Assembly (NCBI GenBank): GCA_051649085.1
Contig: JBOFGK010000052.1
Location: forward strand, 6,685-30,684
Source of the DNA: Mycoplasmatales bacterium
GTDB taxonomy: Bacteria > Bacillota_I > Bacilli_A > UBA3375
Direction: 5' to 3'
DNA length: 24,000 nt
Both the position numbers and the translations under genes were made by a program. Numbering within the stretch: the stretch's first letter is position 1; each line of letters opens with the position of its first letter. A model generated the notes under the pieces. It worked only from the letters and a program-made list of their open reading frames with translations. It did not search any database and was not told the DNA's origin. Of the stretch, positions 1 to 8,266 are shown in pieces.

Positions 1-156
1 GCAATCACAATTATTGGTGGTGGAGATAGTGCGGCAGCAGCAATTCAATTCGGATATGCTGACGACTTTACACACGTATCAACAGGTGGTGGAGCATCAC
101 TTGAGTATTTAGAAGGAAAAGAATTGCCAGGTGTGGCGTGTTTAACTAAAAACTAG
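1..156 (+). CDS. pgk: Phosphoglycerate kinase, 3' end (5'-truncated by window edge)
   Basis: Frame 1 is open from base 1 and translates to [51 protein letters not shown]. This matches the conserved PGK C-terminus (GGGDS...[15 protein letters not shown]). The TAG stop is at 154-156. Confidence 0.85.
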   Translation, partial: AITIIGGGDSAAAAIQFGYADDFTHVSTGGGASLEYLEGKELPGVACLTKN

Positions 157-164
157 GAGGAATA

Positions 165-704
165 ATGAGTTTATTCGATATTTTTAAAAAGAAACCAGAA
201 GTAGCAAAAGAAGAAGTAAAAACTGAGAAAGCTTGTTGTACTGGAAAAAGTTTTGTTGCACCATTAACAGGAAAGTTTATTTCAATTTCAGATGTACCTG
301 ATCAAGTATTCTCACAAAAAATGATGGGTGATGGATTTGCAATTGATCCAACAGCTGGAACATTAGTTGCACCATTTGATGGAGTTGTTGCATCAATTTT
401 CCCAACAAATCATGCTGTAGGATTACGTCGTGAAGATGGAGTTGAAGTGCTATTACATATTGGTGTAGATACTGTTAATTTGAATGGAGAAGGATTTACA
501 GGACTTGTAGCAACTGGAGATACAGTTACAGCTGGTCAAAAGCTTGTAGAATTTGACTTAGAAGGAATTCGTCCAAAAGTGCCATCAGTATATACAATTG
601 CTGTATTTACAGATCTTGCTGGAAAAGTATTAAATACTGATGAATTTATTGGAACAGATGTAACAGCTGGTGATTCTTTAGCTGTTGTAAAATGTAGTAA
701 CTAA
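165..704 (+). CDS. crr: PTS glucose-family EIIA component (stand-alone, Crr-like)
   Basis: The 179-aa ORF is preceded by AGGAGG at 154-159. EIIA-Glc motifs are present: VPDQVFSQKMMGDGFAIDP, HAVGL, GVEVLLHIGVDTVNLNGEGF (the two His-containing active-site regions). Confidence 0.85.
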   Translation: MSLFDIFKKKPEVAKEEVKTEKACCTGKSFVAPLTGKFISISDVPDQVFSQKMMGDGFAIDPTAGTLVAPFDGVVASIFPTNHAVGLRREDGVEVLLHIGVDTVNLNGEGFTGLVATGDTVTAGQKLVEFDLEGIRPKVPSVYTIAVFTDLAGKVLNTDEFIGTDVTAGDSLAVVKCSN

Positions 705-740
705 TTCAGAAGATATAAATAAATCAAATAATCGGAAATA

Positions 741-770
741 AAAAACCAAAGACAATTGTCTTTGGTTTAT
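741..770. terminator. Rho-independent terminator shared by the convergent crr (+) and sdaA (-) genes
   Basis: There is a perfect 11-bp stem, AAACCAAAGAC (743-753) with GTCTTTGGTTT (758-768), and an AATT loop. It is flanked by an A-run on the left (a T-run on the - strand) and T-rich sequence on the right. Confidence 0.75.
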
Positions 771-790
771 CTTTGTGTATAAAAATAATT

Positions 791-2005
791 TTAATTTTCA
801 AGTTCTGTATTTTCTCGATATGCTTTTGCTAGTCCTCCAATGGCAGTCTCACGATACTCTGCTTGCATATCAGTACCAGTTTCTAACATTACTTTGACGA
901 TTGTATCAAAACATACAATTTGTGAATCGCTTATAGCACCTGCAAGTAACGCTGCGGAATAAGCTTTTACTGCACCAACTGCATTTCTTTGAATACAAGG
1001 AATTTGGACATACCCAAGGACTGGATCACATGTAAGACCAAGTGAATGTTCAAGCCCAATTTCAGCGGCAGCTTCAATACTTCGAAAATCTGCATTTGGT
1101 AAAGTAAGATATAGTGATGCTGCTGCAGCCATCGAAGTGGCACTTCCAACTTCTGCTTGACAACCTGCTTCAGCTCCTGAAATTGAAGCGTTATGACGAA
1201 TTAATGTTCCAATTAGTCCAGCAATTTTAAGTGCATTAACAATTTCTGGACTTGTAAAGTGAAGATCAAAATAATAGTAATTTAAAACAGCCGGTAAAAC
1301 CCCGCATGCTCCACAAGTAGGAGCGGTAACAATTGTTTTTCCACTTGCATTTTCTTCACTAACTGCATACGCATATGAACTGAGCACCAATTCACGATCA
1401 CGAATTTTTGAACGAATAATTTTATTGGCAACTCTGTCAACTTCTAATTTACCAGGTAATTTACCTTTGGCAAATAATCCGGCCTTTACTGAATCTTTCA
1501 TTGCATTCCAAACATTGTATAAATGATTTTCAATATGTGGTTCAAACTTATTGACGTAATCAACTAATGTTAAATTATTTTGTTGACAATATTTAACGAT
1601 TTCACTAAATTTAGAGTGAGGATAGCAATCATTAACAGGGTCAAGTTCTTCGAAGTTAACAATTTGGTATTTTCCTCCTCCAATACTTAAAACATCATAT
1701 GAAATTTGTTGCTTGTCTTCAAGGAAAAAGGTGTATTTTAATTGATTTGGATGTAAAAGGTCTTTTTTTGAATAAACAAATTTAACTTCCCCTTCGAGTT
1801 TATATTCTGTAAAAACCGCCTCAATTATATTATCAGTTAAGTGTCCTTTACCAGTTAAAGCAAGTGACCCATATAATTCTGCTTCAATTCTAACAATTTT
1901 TTCTGTTTGTAATTCGATTAAAAATTCAAGTGCATTTTTTGGAGCCATCGTATGTGAAGAAGATGGTCCAGTTCCTATTCTGAATATTGTGCTAATGCTT
2001 TCCAT
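791..2005 (-). CDS. sdaA: L-serine dehydratase (iron-sulfur dependent, single-chain beta+alpha form)
   Basis: The 404-aa ORF has the N-terminal signature FRIGTGPSSSHTMAP. The C-terminal alpha-domain contains APTCGACGVLPAV and GAEAGCQAEVG (Cys ligand regions). The SD AGGAGG (reverse complement of cctcct near 2010-2015) lies upstream of the ATG. Confidence 0.85.
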   Translation of the reverse strand: MESISTIFRIGTGPSSSHTMAPKNALEFLIELQTEKIVRIEAELYGSLALTGKGHLTDNIIEAVFTEYKLEGEVKFVYSKKDLLHPNQLKYTFFLEDKQQISYDVLSIGGGKYQIVNFEELDPVNDCYPHSKFSEIVKYCQQNNLTLVDYVNKFEPHIENHLYNVWNAMKDSVKAGLFAKGKLPGKLEVDRVANKIIRSKIRDRELVLSSYAYAVSEENASGKTIVTAPTCGACGVLPAVLNYYYFDLHFTSPEIVNALKIAGLIGTLIRHNASISGAEAGCQAEVGSATSMAAAASLYLTLPNADFRSIEAAAEIGLEHSLGLTCDPVLGYVQIPCIQRNAVGAVKAYSAALLAGAISDSQIVCFDTIVKVMLETGTDMQAEYRETAIGGLAKAYRENTELEN

Positions 2006-2022
2006 AGTACCTCCTTACTTTA

Positions 2023-2031
2023 ATTATAGCA
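2023..2031 (-). promoter_or_regulatory. Candidate extended -10 promoter for sdaA
   Basis: The - strand reads TGCTATAAT (TGnTATAAT). The -35 is poor and the leader before the SD would be very short. Confidence 0.3.
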
Positions 2032-2128
2032 AAAAAATTCTTTTATTCTTGTCTATTTGATTAAGTACGTTTAAAAAGTATTACAAACGACCAAATATGC
2101 TTAAATTCATGTGATAGAAGCAAAAATA

Positions 2129-2144
2129 TGATAAAATATATAAT
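2129..2144 (+). promoter_or_regulatory. Candidate -10 elements for the murF-like operon
   Basis: TGATAAAAT (2129-2137, extended -10 type) is followed directly by TATAAT (2139-2144), just upstream of the 2148/2160 start codons. No good -35 is visible. Confidence 0.3.
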
Positions 2145-2147
2145 AGA

Positions 2148-3794
2148 ATGGAGCGAATAATGATCCTCACAAACTTAATACTAATTGGTATACTTATCTA
2201 CTATTTTATTATTAAAGCACATAAAGCAATCCATGTTGCCCAACAAAGTGCCTATGATCCTAAAAGATTAACCAAATATATATTGGAAGAAAAGAAATTT
2301 GCGATGCCAAATTTTGAATTTTGTGGTTTAATTTTAGTTTTTCTTGAAATTACAATCCTTAAATTCAATTCAATCCTTGCGAATGTATTTGGAATTGCAG
2401 CTATTATTGTTTTCCTAGGGGGGATAGTAGTTTATCAAAAGGCCTTAAATCGCTTTGTTGGTAAATTATCACTAAAATTGACAGCTCGCATCAAACGTCT
2501 AATTGTATCATTTGGATTACTACTACTTATCTTTAATCTACTTATTACTATCTTAGGAATTGTAATTGGTGGATTTGGAAACAACTTTAGTCAAATAATT
2601 GTCTTACTTGTCTTTGTTTTTACTGTCTCGATAGTTGAGTTATACTTTTTTGTTAAGCTTGCACTAATTACAAATGAACCAATTGAAGCAAGAATTCGTT
2701 TAGGATTTCAAAAACAAGCACAGGCAAAATTAGCCGCAAACAAAGGGTTAAGAGTAATTGGAATAACAGGTAGTTATGGAAAGACTTCAATTAAAAATAT
2801 TTTAAATGATATTATTAGTGATTTTGAACCAACTTTAATGACACCTGAAAGTTTCAATACACCAAATGGACTAACGATTACCGTTAATAATCACTTAACA
2901 AAATTACATCGAAATTTCATTGCCGAAATGGGTGCTTATTATGAGGGGGAAATTGAAGAACTATGCAATTTAGTTAGTCCATCAATTGGAATAATTTCGA
3001 GTATTGGACCACAACATTTAGAAACATTTGGTTCAATTGAGACGATTCAAAAAACTAAAATGGAACTGATCGAATCATTACCGACAGATGGTTTAGCAGT
3101 TCTTAATTTTGATAATGAATATATTCGAAATTATCAAGTGAAAAATTCAGTTAAGCAAGTATTCTATTCTATAACTGATCAATCAGTTGATTTATTTGCT
3201 AGTAACATTCAGATTAGGTCAGATGGTTTGATTTTTGATGCAAATTTTAAAGATGGACGGACATTTACATTAAATACTAGATTACTTGGAAGACATAGCA
3301 TTTCCAATTTACTAGCTGCAATCTTAGTTGCTGATTACTTAAACTATGACTTATCTAAATTAGCACAAACAATTCAAAAAGTTAAACCAATTGCTCATCG
3401 ATTAGAACTTAAGAAAATTTCTAATAATCTTACAATAATTGATGATGCATTCAATGGAAATGTTGAAGGAATTAAAGAAGGTATTGATATTTTAAGTCGA
3501 TTTGAAGAAACAGAACGGATTATTATCACACCAGGATTAATTGATTTAGGACAAATAACTAAAAGTGCCCATATTGAAATTGGAAAATTGATTGGTCAAA
3601 AAGTTGATAAAGTAGTTATAGTTGGGAAAATAAACTATGATGCTTTAATGGAAGGGTTAATCCAAACTGAAATGCCTAAAGAAAACATAAGTCAATTTGA
3701 TAATTTTATTGATGGATATAACAGTGCGATTAAAGTGAATAAAAAACAAGTAATATTAATTGCCAATGATTTACCAGATAAATTTAATAAGTAA
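2148..3794 (+). CDS. murF: MurF-like Mur ligase (UDP-MurNAc-tripeptide--D-Ala-D-Ala ligase family) with an N-terminal polytopic membrane domain
   Basis: The ORF is 548 aa. Residues 1-175 are almost entirely hydrophobic, with about 5 TM helices by eye. From about residue 195 the protein is Mur-ligase-like: P-loop GITGSYGKTS (about residues 205-214), GPQHLETFGS, AHRLE, and IDDAFNGNVEG (the MurF DDxYNAN-type motif). The start is ATG 2148 or the in-frame ATG 2160, which has GGAG at 2150-2153 six nt upstream. Confidence 0.75.
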   Translation: MERIMILTNLILIGILIYYFIIKAHKAIHVAQQSAYDPKRLTKYILEEKKFAMPNFEFCGLILVFLEITILKFNSILANVFGIAAIIVFLGGIVVYQKALNRFVGKLSLKLTARIKRLIVSFGLLLLIFNLLITILGIVIGGFGNNFSQIIVLLVFVFTVSIVELYFFVKLALITNEPIEARIRLGFQKQAQAKLAANKGLRVIGITGSYGKTSIKNILNDIISDFEPTLMTPESFNTPNGLTITVNNHLTKLHRNFIAEMGAYYEGEIEELCNLVSPSIGIISSIGPQHLETFGSIETIQKTKMELIESLPTDGLAVLNFDNEYIRNYQVKNSVKQVFYSITDQSVDLFASNIQIRSDGLIFDANFKDGRTFTLNTRLLGRHSISNLLAAILVADYLNYDLSKLAQTIQKVKPIAHRLELKKISNNLTIIDDAFNGNVEGIKEGIDILSRFEETERIIITPGLIDLGQITKSAHIEIGKLIGQKVDKVVIVGKINYDALMEGLIQTEMPKENISQFDNFIDGYNSAIKVNKKQVILIANDLPDKFNK

Positions 3795-3803
3795 GGAGTA
3801 CAA

Positions 3804-4964
3804 ATGAATATAGCAGTTATATACGGCGGGGAAAGTGTTGAACATGAAGTTTCAATAATTAGTGCAATTCAAGCAATTGAAAACATAGATCGTGGGAAAT
3901 ATAATGTAATTAATGTGTATCTTACGAAAAAAGGTCAATTCAAAGTCGATGAGTCGTTGACAAATATTGATACATACAAAGATTTACAAGCAATTGATAA
4001 GTTAGCGAGCTATCAATTTGTAAAGACTGAGAATCAAGTATTACTTGAACCAACGATTAAAAAAATGTTTGGTAATCGACCAACATTTGAAATTGATGTT
4101 TTCTTTCCAATCGTGCATGGAACAGGTGTAGAAGATGGAAAATTACAAGGATATTTATCACATTTTAAGCGTCCAATTGTCGGACCAACAGTTGTAAGTG
4201 GAGTTGTCGGTCAAGACAAAGCAATCATGAAAGATTTATTGAAAGCACATCAAATAAATCAAGTTGAATATGTGTGGATTTATGATAATGAATCAATCGC
4301 CGCAAATGTTAGTAAAATTTTAGACTCGTTGTCTTTACCTGTAATTATAAAACCAGCTAATTTAGGTTCATCAGTGGGAATTGAAGTTGCAAAAACTGAA
4401 GTTGAACTTGAACAGGCGATTGTATCAGGTTTTACATTTGATCAAAAATTAGTAGTTGAACGCTTATTAACAGACTTTGATGAATATAATATTTCTCTTT
4501 TAGGTAATTTTCGAGAATTAAAATGTTCAGCAATTGAAAAACCAGTAAAAAATGATGAATTCTTATCGTATGAAGATAAATATTTATCAGATGGTGGCGG
4601 TAAAAAAGGTGGAAAAACAAGTTCCGGAATGGCTTCTCTTTCACGTGAAATCCCAGCTAATATAAGTGAAGAATTAAAAATGCAAATAATTGAATTAGCA
4701 ACAAAAGCATTTTATGTTTTGAACACAAGTGGAGTAGCGAGATTTGATTTAATGGTCAGTGAAAATGAAGTATATATTAATGAAGTTAATTCGATTCCAG
4801 GTTCATTAGCATATTATTTGTGGGAAGCAAATGGATATAAGTATCAAGAAATCTTGACAGATATTATTGAATTAAGTATTATTGAGTTTTTTAAAGAACA
4901 AAAACTAAACCGAACATTTGAAACAAATATTTTGAATGTGGGTAAATTGGGGACGAAAAAATAA
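3804..4964 (+). CDS. ddl: D-alanine--D-alanine ligase
   Basis: The 386-aa ORF has an AGGAG SD overlapping the murF stop. Ddl motifs are present: MNIAVIYGGESVEHEVSIISA, FPIVHGTGVEDGKLQGYL, KPANLGSSVGI, NEVNSIPG. A Gly/Lys-rich insertion sits between KYLSD and EIPA. Confidence 0.9.
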   Translation: MNIAVIYGGESVEHEVSIISAIQAIENIDRGKYNVINVYLTKKGQFKVDESLTNIDTYKDLQAIDKLASYQFVKTENQVLLEPTIKKMFGNRPTFEIDVFFPIVHGTGVEDGKLQGYLSHFKRPIVGPTVVSGVVGQDKAIMKDLLKAHQINQVEYVWIYDNESIAANVSKILDSLSLPVIIKPANLGSSVGIEVAKTEVELEQAIVSGFTFDQKLVVERLLTDFDEYNISLLGNFRELKCSAIEKPVKNDEFLSYEDKYLSDGGGKKGGKTSSGMASLSREIPANISEELKMQIIELATKAFYVLNTSGVARFDLMVSENEVYINEVNSIPGSLAYYLWEANGYKYQEILTDIIELSIIEFFKEQKLNRTFETNILNVGKLGTKK

Positions 4965-6028
4965 TGTCAGTTACATATTTTATTATAAGCTTCGTTTTAA
5001 CACTAATTTTTGTTCCGATTTGCAAGTGGTTAGCTTTTAAAATTGATATTGTTGATCGGCCAAATGAGGCGCGAAAAATTCACAGACGTACAACTCCTTA
5101 CCTCGGTGGATTAGCCATTTATTGTTCAGCACTATTAACATATTTGATTTATATTAGATTTCAAGTTAATAATCTTCAAGATATTTATATGTGGGCAATT
5201 GCGTTAGTTGTAGTTTTATTTGGAATGTATGATGATAAATTTGGAATGGATGCAAGAATTAAATTGCTATTTCAGATAATAATTGCGATTATCTCATCAG
5301 TGCTATTTACTGATATTTCGAGAATTGATTTAATCTTTTTCTCCCCATATGTTTCAGAAACAACGGGAACTATAATTGGAGTAATTTGGATTGTTGCAAT
5401 GATGAATGCCTTTAACTTAATGGATGGATTAGATGGACTCGTTGGTGGATTAGCATTAGTATCTCTTTCGGTTATCTTTATTATTTCTTTAAGTATTGGA
5501 GATGTAACTCAACTTCTTTTTGTGACAATTTTGATCGGTTCAATATTAGGGTTTTTATTTTATAATTTTTATCCAGCAGAAATTTTCTTAGGTGATTCAG
5601 GAGCCTTGCTATTAGGGTATTTTGTTAGTTATATTTCGCTTGGTCAATATAAAACATCAACACTTACGACGACAGCAATCATTTTTTTAATTGCGTTTAT
5701 CCCAATTTTGGATATTTGTTTATCTGTTTTACGACGTCGTAAAAACAATCAAGCTGTTTTTAAAGCGGATTCATTGCATTTTCATCATCGAATAATGCGA
5801 AAGGATTTTTCACATCAACAAGCAGTGCTTATAATATATGTAATAATGATCTATTATGGAATAGAAGCGTTAGTCTTATTTTTCGCTCCATATACATGGA
5901 AAACTGCTTCAATAGTGGTAACGCTTATTGTTACTTGGTTGATTGTCGAATATTTATATTTACTATCAGACAAATATACGATTATTAGAAAATTTATTAA
6001 TCGAAAGATTAGAAAAAGGAGAACATAA
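4964..6028 (+). CDS. Polyprenyl-phosphate HexNAc-1-phosphate transferase, glycosyltransferase family 4 (WecA/TagO-like rather than MraY)
   Basis: The 354-aa ORF is polytopic. WecA/TagO-type motifs are present: ARKIHRRTTPYLGGLA, YDDKFGMDARIKL, NAFNLMDGLDGL, FYPAEIFLGDSGALLLGY, SLHFHHRIM. The MraY signatures (GTPTMGG, PxHHHFE) are absent. Its ATG overlaps the ddl stop (TAATG). Confidence 0.8.
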   Translation: MSVTYFIISFVLTLIFVPICKWLAFKIDIVDRPNEARKIHRRTTPYLGGLAIYCSALLTYLIYIRFQVNNLQDIYMWAIALVVVLFGMYDDKFGMDARIKLLFQIIIAIISSVLFTDISRIDLIFFSPYVSETTGTIIGVIWIVAMMNAFNLMDGLDGLVGGLALVSLSVIFIISLSIGDVTQLLFVTILIGSILGFLFYNFYPAEIFLGDSGALLLGYFVSYISLGQYKTSTLTTTAIIFLIAFIPILDICLSVLRRRKNNQAVFKADSLHFHHRIMRKDFSHQQAVLIIYVIMIYYGIEALVLFFAPYTWKTASIVVTLIVTWLIVEYLYLLSDKYTIIRKFINRKIRKRRT

Positions 6029-7395
6029 TGAAAAAATTTAAACAAGCAAGCCTTCTATTAGCTGTTTTTTTACTAGGAGCATTAACAACATTTCCAATTT
6101 ATTATGCATTTAGTGATTTAAAATATATAGCCTTTAAAAATGAAATAATCAATAATTTTGATGGTGAAATTGATCAAGCAAAATTTGAAGAAGCAACCTT
6201 TAAAGGAATGGTTTCAGGATTGGGTGATCCAAACTCTGAGTATTTTACAAGGGAAGAATTAGATGCCTTTAGTAAAAGGTTAGCAACTAACTATAAAGGA
6301 GTTGGAATTCAAATCGGAAAAAACGAAACGAATGAAATTATTATTACAGGGGTAACAATAGGTAGTCCAGCTGAAAAAGCCGGTGTTTTACCAGGTGATA
6401 TTATAAAAGCTGTAAATGATAAAGAGCTAGTACCAGAAACGACAACACAAGAAGTTGTTGAAATGGTTAAGGCGAAAGATACAGCAAAAATAAAATTGAA
6501 AAATCCAATTAATGGTAAAGAAATGGATAAAAATATTACACTTACAGATATTGCTAATGAATCAATTTATGGAAAAATGCTTGATGATAATGGAAAGAAA
6601 GTTGGGTTAATTAAAATATTTGACTTCTCGGAAAATACAGCAGAAGAATTTGCTAAAGAATTAACTAAACTAGAAGCTGATGGTATGGAAGCTTTAATAA
6701 TTGATGTTCGAGATAATGGTGGTGGGTATTTAGCGACGGTTCAGTCAATTATCGACCAAATTGTACCGAATACAAAACCAGCAGTAACAACAAAATCAAA
6801 AGGTAAAGTTACAGATCAATACACAAGTAAACTAACAGAAGCGAAAAAATATCCAATTGCCTTACTTCAAAATGAAAATAGTGCATCAGCTTCAGAAATT
6901 TTATCAGGAGCTTTATTAGAAATAAATAAATCAGCAATCGTTGGAACGAAAAGTTATGGAAAAGGATCAGTTCAATCACAATTTAATGCTCCGAATGGTG
7001 GAACGCTTAAAATGACAATGGCTCATTGGTATACACCAGATGATAACTTGATTGATAAAAAAGGAATTGAGCCAACTGTAAAAGTTGATAAAAGTATTAG
7101 ATACGGAGATCAATTACCAATCTCAAAAATTTATCAAGAAGGAGATAGTGACTTAGTTGTCCAAGCAATAAATAACGATTTATATGCCTTGGGTTATACA
7201 GTAACTGCAGATTCGGATAAATTCGATGCACAAACAACAGCAGCAGTTAAATCGTTCCAAGAAAGTAATGGTGAAACAGCAACAGGAAAAGTGGATCAAA
7301 AAATATTAATGATTCTTGCGAATAAAGCAAAATATGAAGGGTTAAATTCGAAAAGTGACTCATATATAAAAGCAGCACTTGAACAATTTAAATAA
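6028..7395 (+). CDS. S41 family C-terminal processing peptidase (Ctp) with PDZ domain and a C-terminal peptidoglycan-binding-like domain
   Basis: The 455-aa ORF has an N-terminal signal/anchor (KQASLLLAVFLLGALTTF). A PDZ domain is indicated by GSPAEKAGVLPGDIIKAVN. S41 catalytic regions are present: DVRDNGGGYL, NENSASASEIL, KSYGKGSVQ. The C-terminus LYALGYTVTADSDKFDAQTTAAVKSFQESNGETATGKVD resembles PG_binding_1. Its ATG overlaps the upstream stop (TAATG). Confidence 0.85.
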   Translation: MKKFKQASLLLAVFLLGALTTFPIYYAFSDLKYIAFKNEIINNFDGEIDQAKFEEATFKGMVSGLGDPNSEYFTREELDAFSKRLATNYKGVGIQIGKNETNEIIITGVTIGSPAEKAGVLPGDIIKAVNDKELVPETTTQEVVEMVKAKDTAKIKLKNPINGKEMDKNITLTDIANESIYGKMLDDNGKKVGLIKIFDFSENTAEEFAKELTKLEADGMEALIIDVRDNGGGYLATVQSIIDQIVPNTKPAVTTKSKGKVTDQYTSKLTEAKKYPIALLQNENSASASEILSGALLEINKSAIVGTKSYGKGSVQSQFNAPNGGTLKMTMAHWYTPDDNLIDKKGIEPTVKVDKSIRYGDQLPISKIYQEGDSDLVVQAINNDLYALGYTVTADSDKFDAQTTAAVKSFQESNGETATGKVDQKILMILANKAKYEGLNSKSDSYIKAALEQFK

Positions 7396-7401
7396 AAGAA
7401 T

Positions 7402-8244
7402 ATGATTATAGATGGGAAAAAAAGTAGTGGAAATTTAAAAGATAAGCAACAAGTTAAAATTGCCACACTAAGTCAAAAACCTAAACTGGTAATTATTCAA
7501 GTTGGTGACAATGATGCTTCAAATCGTTATGTCAATCATAAACTAAAATATGGGGAAGCAATTGGAGCGACAGTTGAAATTCGAAAGTATGATAGTTCTT
7601 TGACAGAAGTGGCATTAAGACAAGAAATTATTGATTTAAATAGGACAGAAGATGTAAATGGAATTCTTGTTCAGTTGCCATTACCAAATCATTTAAATGA
7701 GCAAGTAGTAATTGAAACAATCGATCCCCAAAAAGATGTTGATGGTTTCCACCCGTATAACCTCGGGAAATTATTAATTGGTTTAGATACAATAATTCCA
7801 TGTACAGTTGCGGGTGTTCATCAATTATTGTCAGAATATGAAGTTGAATTAACAGGAAAACACATTTGTATGATTGGTCGTAGTAACATAGTTGGAAAAC
7901 CACTTGCAAATTTGTTAGTGAACTATGGTGCAACAGTGACAATTTGTAATAGTAAAACGTCTGATTTACAGAGAATTACACAAAAAGCAGATATTATAAT
8001 CTCAGCAATTGGTCAGCCAAAATTTTTCACAAAAGAGTATTTTGGAACAAATATGCCAGTTGTAATTGATGTTGGTATGAATCTTGATGAAGATGGAAAA
8101 TTATGTGGTGATGTTGATTTCAATGAAGTTCAAGGACTTTGCAGTAAAATTACGCCAGTACCAGGTGGAGTTGGACCAATGACAGTTAGTTTTGTTTTTG
8201 AAAATTTACTTAAGTGTGTAGATGTTCAAACAAACGTAAAATAA
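7402..8244 (+). CDS. folD: Bifunctional methylenetetrahydrofolate dehydrogenase (NADP+) / methenyltetrahydrofolate cyclohydrolase
   Basis: The ORF is 280 aa. FolD motifs are present: MIIDGKK, LVIIQVGDNDASNRYV, GILVQLPLP, DVDGFHPYNLGKL, GRSNIVGKP, TPVPGGVGPMT. Confidence 0.9.
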   Translation: MIIDGKKSSGNLKDKQQVKIATLSQKPKLVIIQVGDNDASNRYVNHKLKYGEAIGATVEIRKYDSSLTEVALRQEIIDLNRTEDVNGILVQLPLPNHLNEQVVIETIDPQKDVDGFHPYNLGKLLIGLDTIIPCTVAGVHQLLSEYEVELTGKHICMIGRSNIVGKPLANLLVNYGATVTICNSKTSDLQRITQKADIIISAIGQPKFFTKEYFGTNMPVVIDVGMNLDEDGKLCGDVDFNEVQGLCSKITPVPGGVGPMTVSFVFENLLKCVDVQTNVK

Positions 8245-8266
8245 AAAATTAAAAATTAGGAGCAAA

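Noticed and set aside
4964-6028. I considered calling this gene mraY because it follows murF-like and ddl.
   Set aside because: The motifs match WecA/TagO-type GT4 transferases (HRRTTPYLGG, SLHFHHR) and not MraY (no GTPTMGG, no PxHHHFE). I therefore annotated it at family level only.
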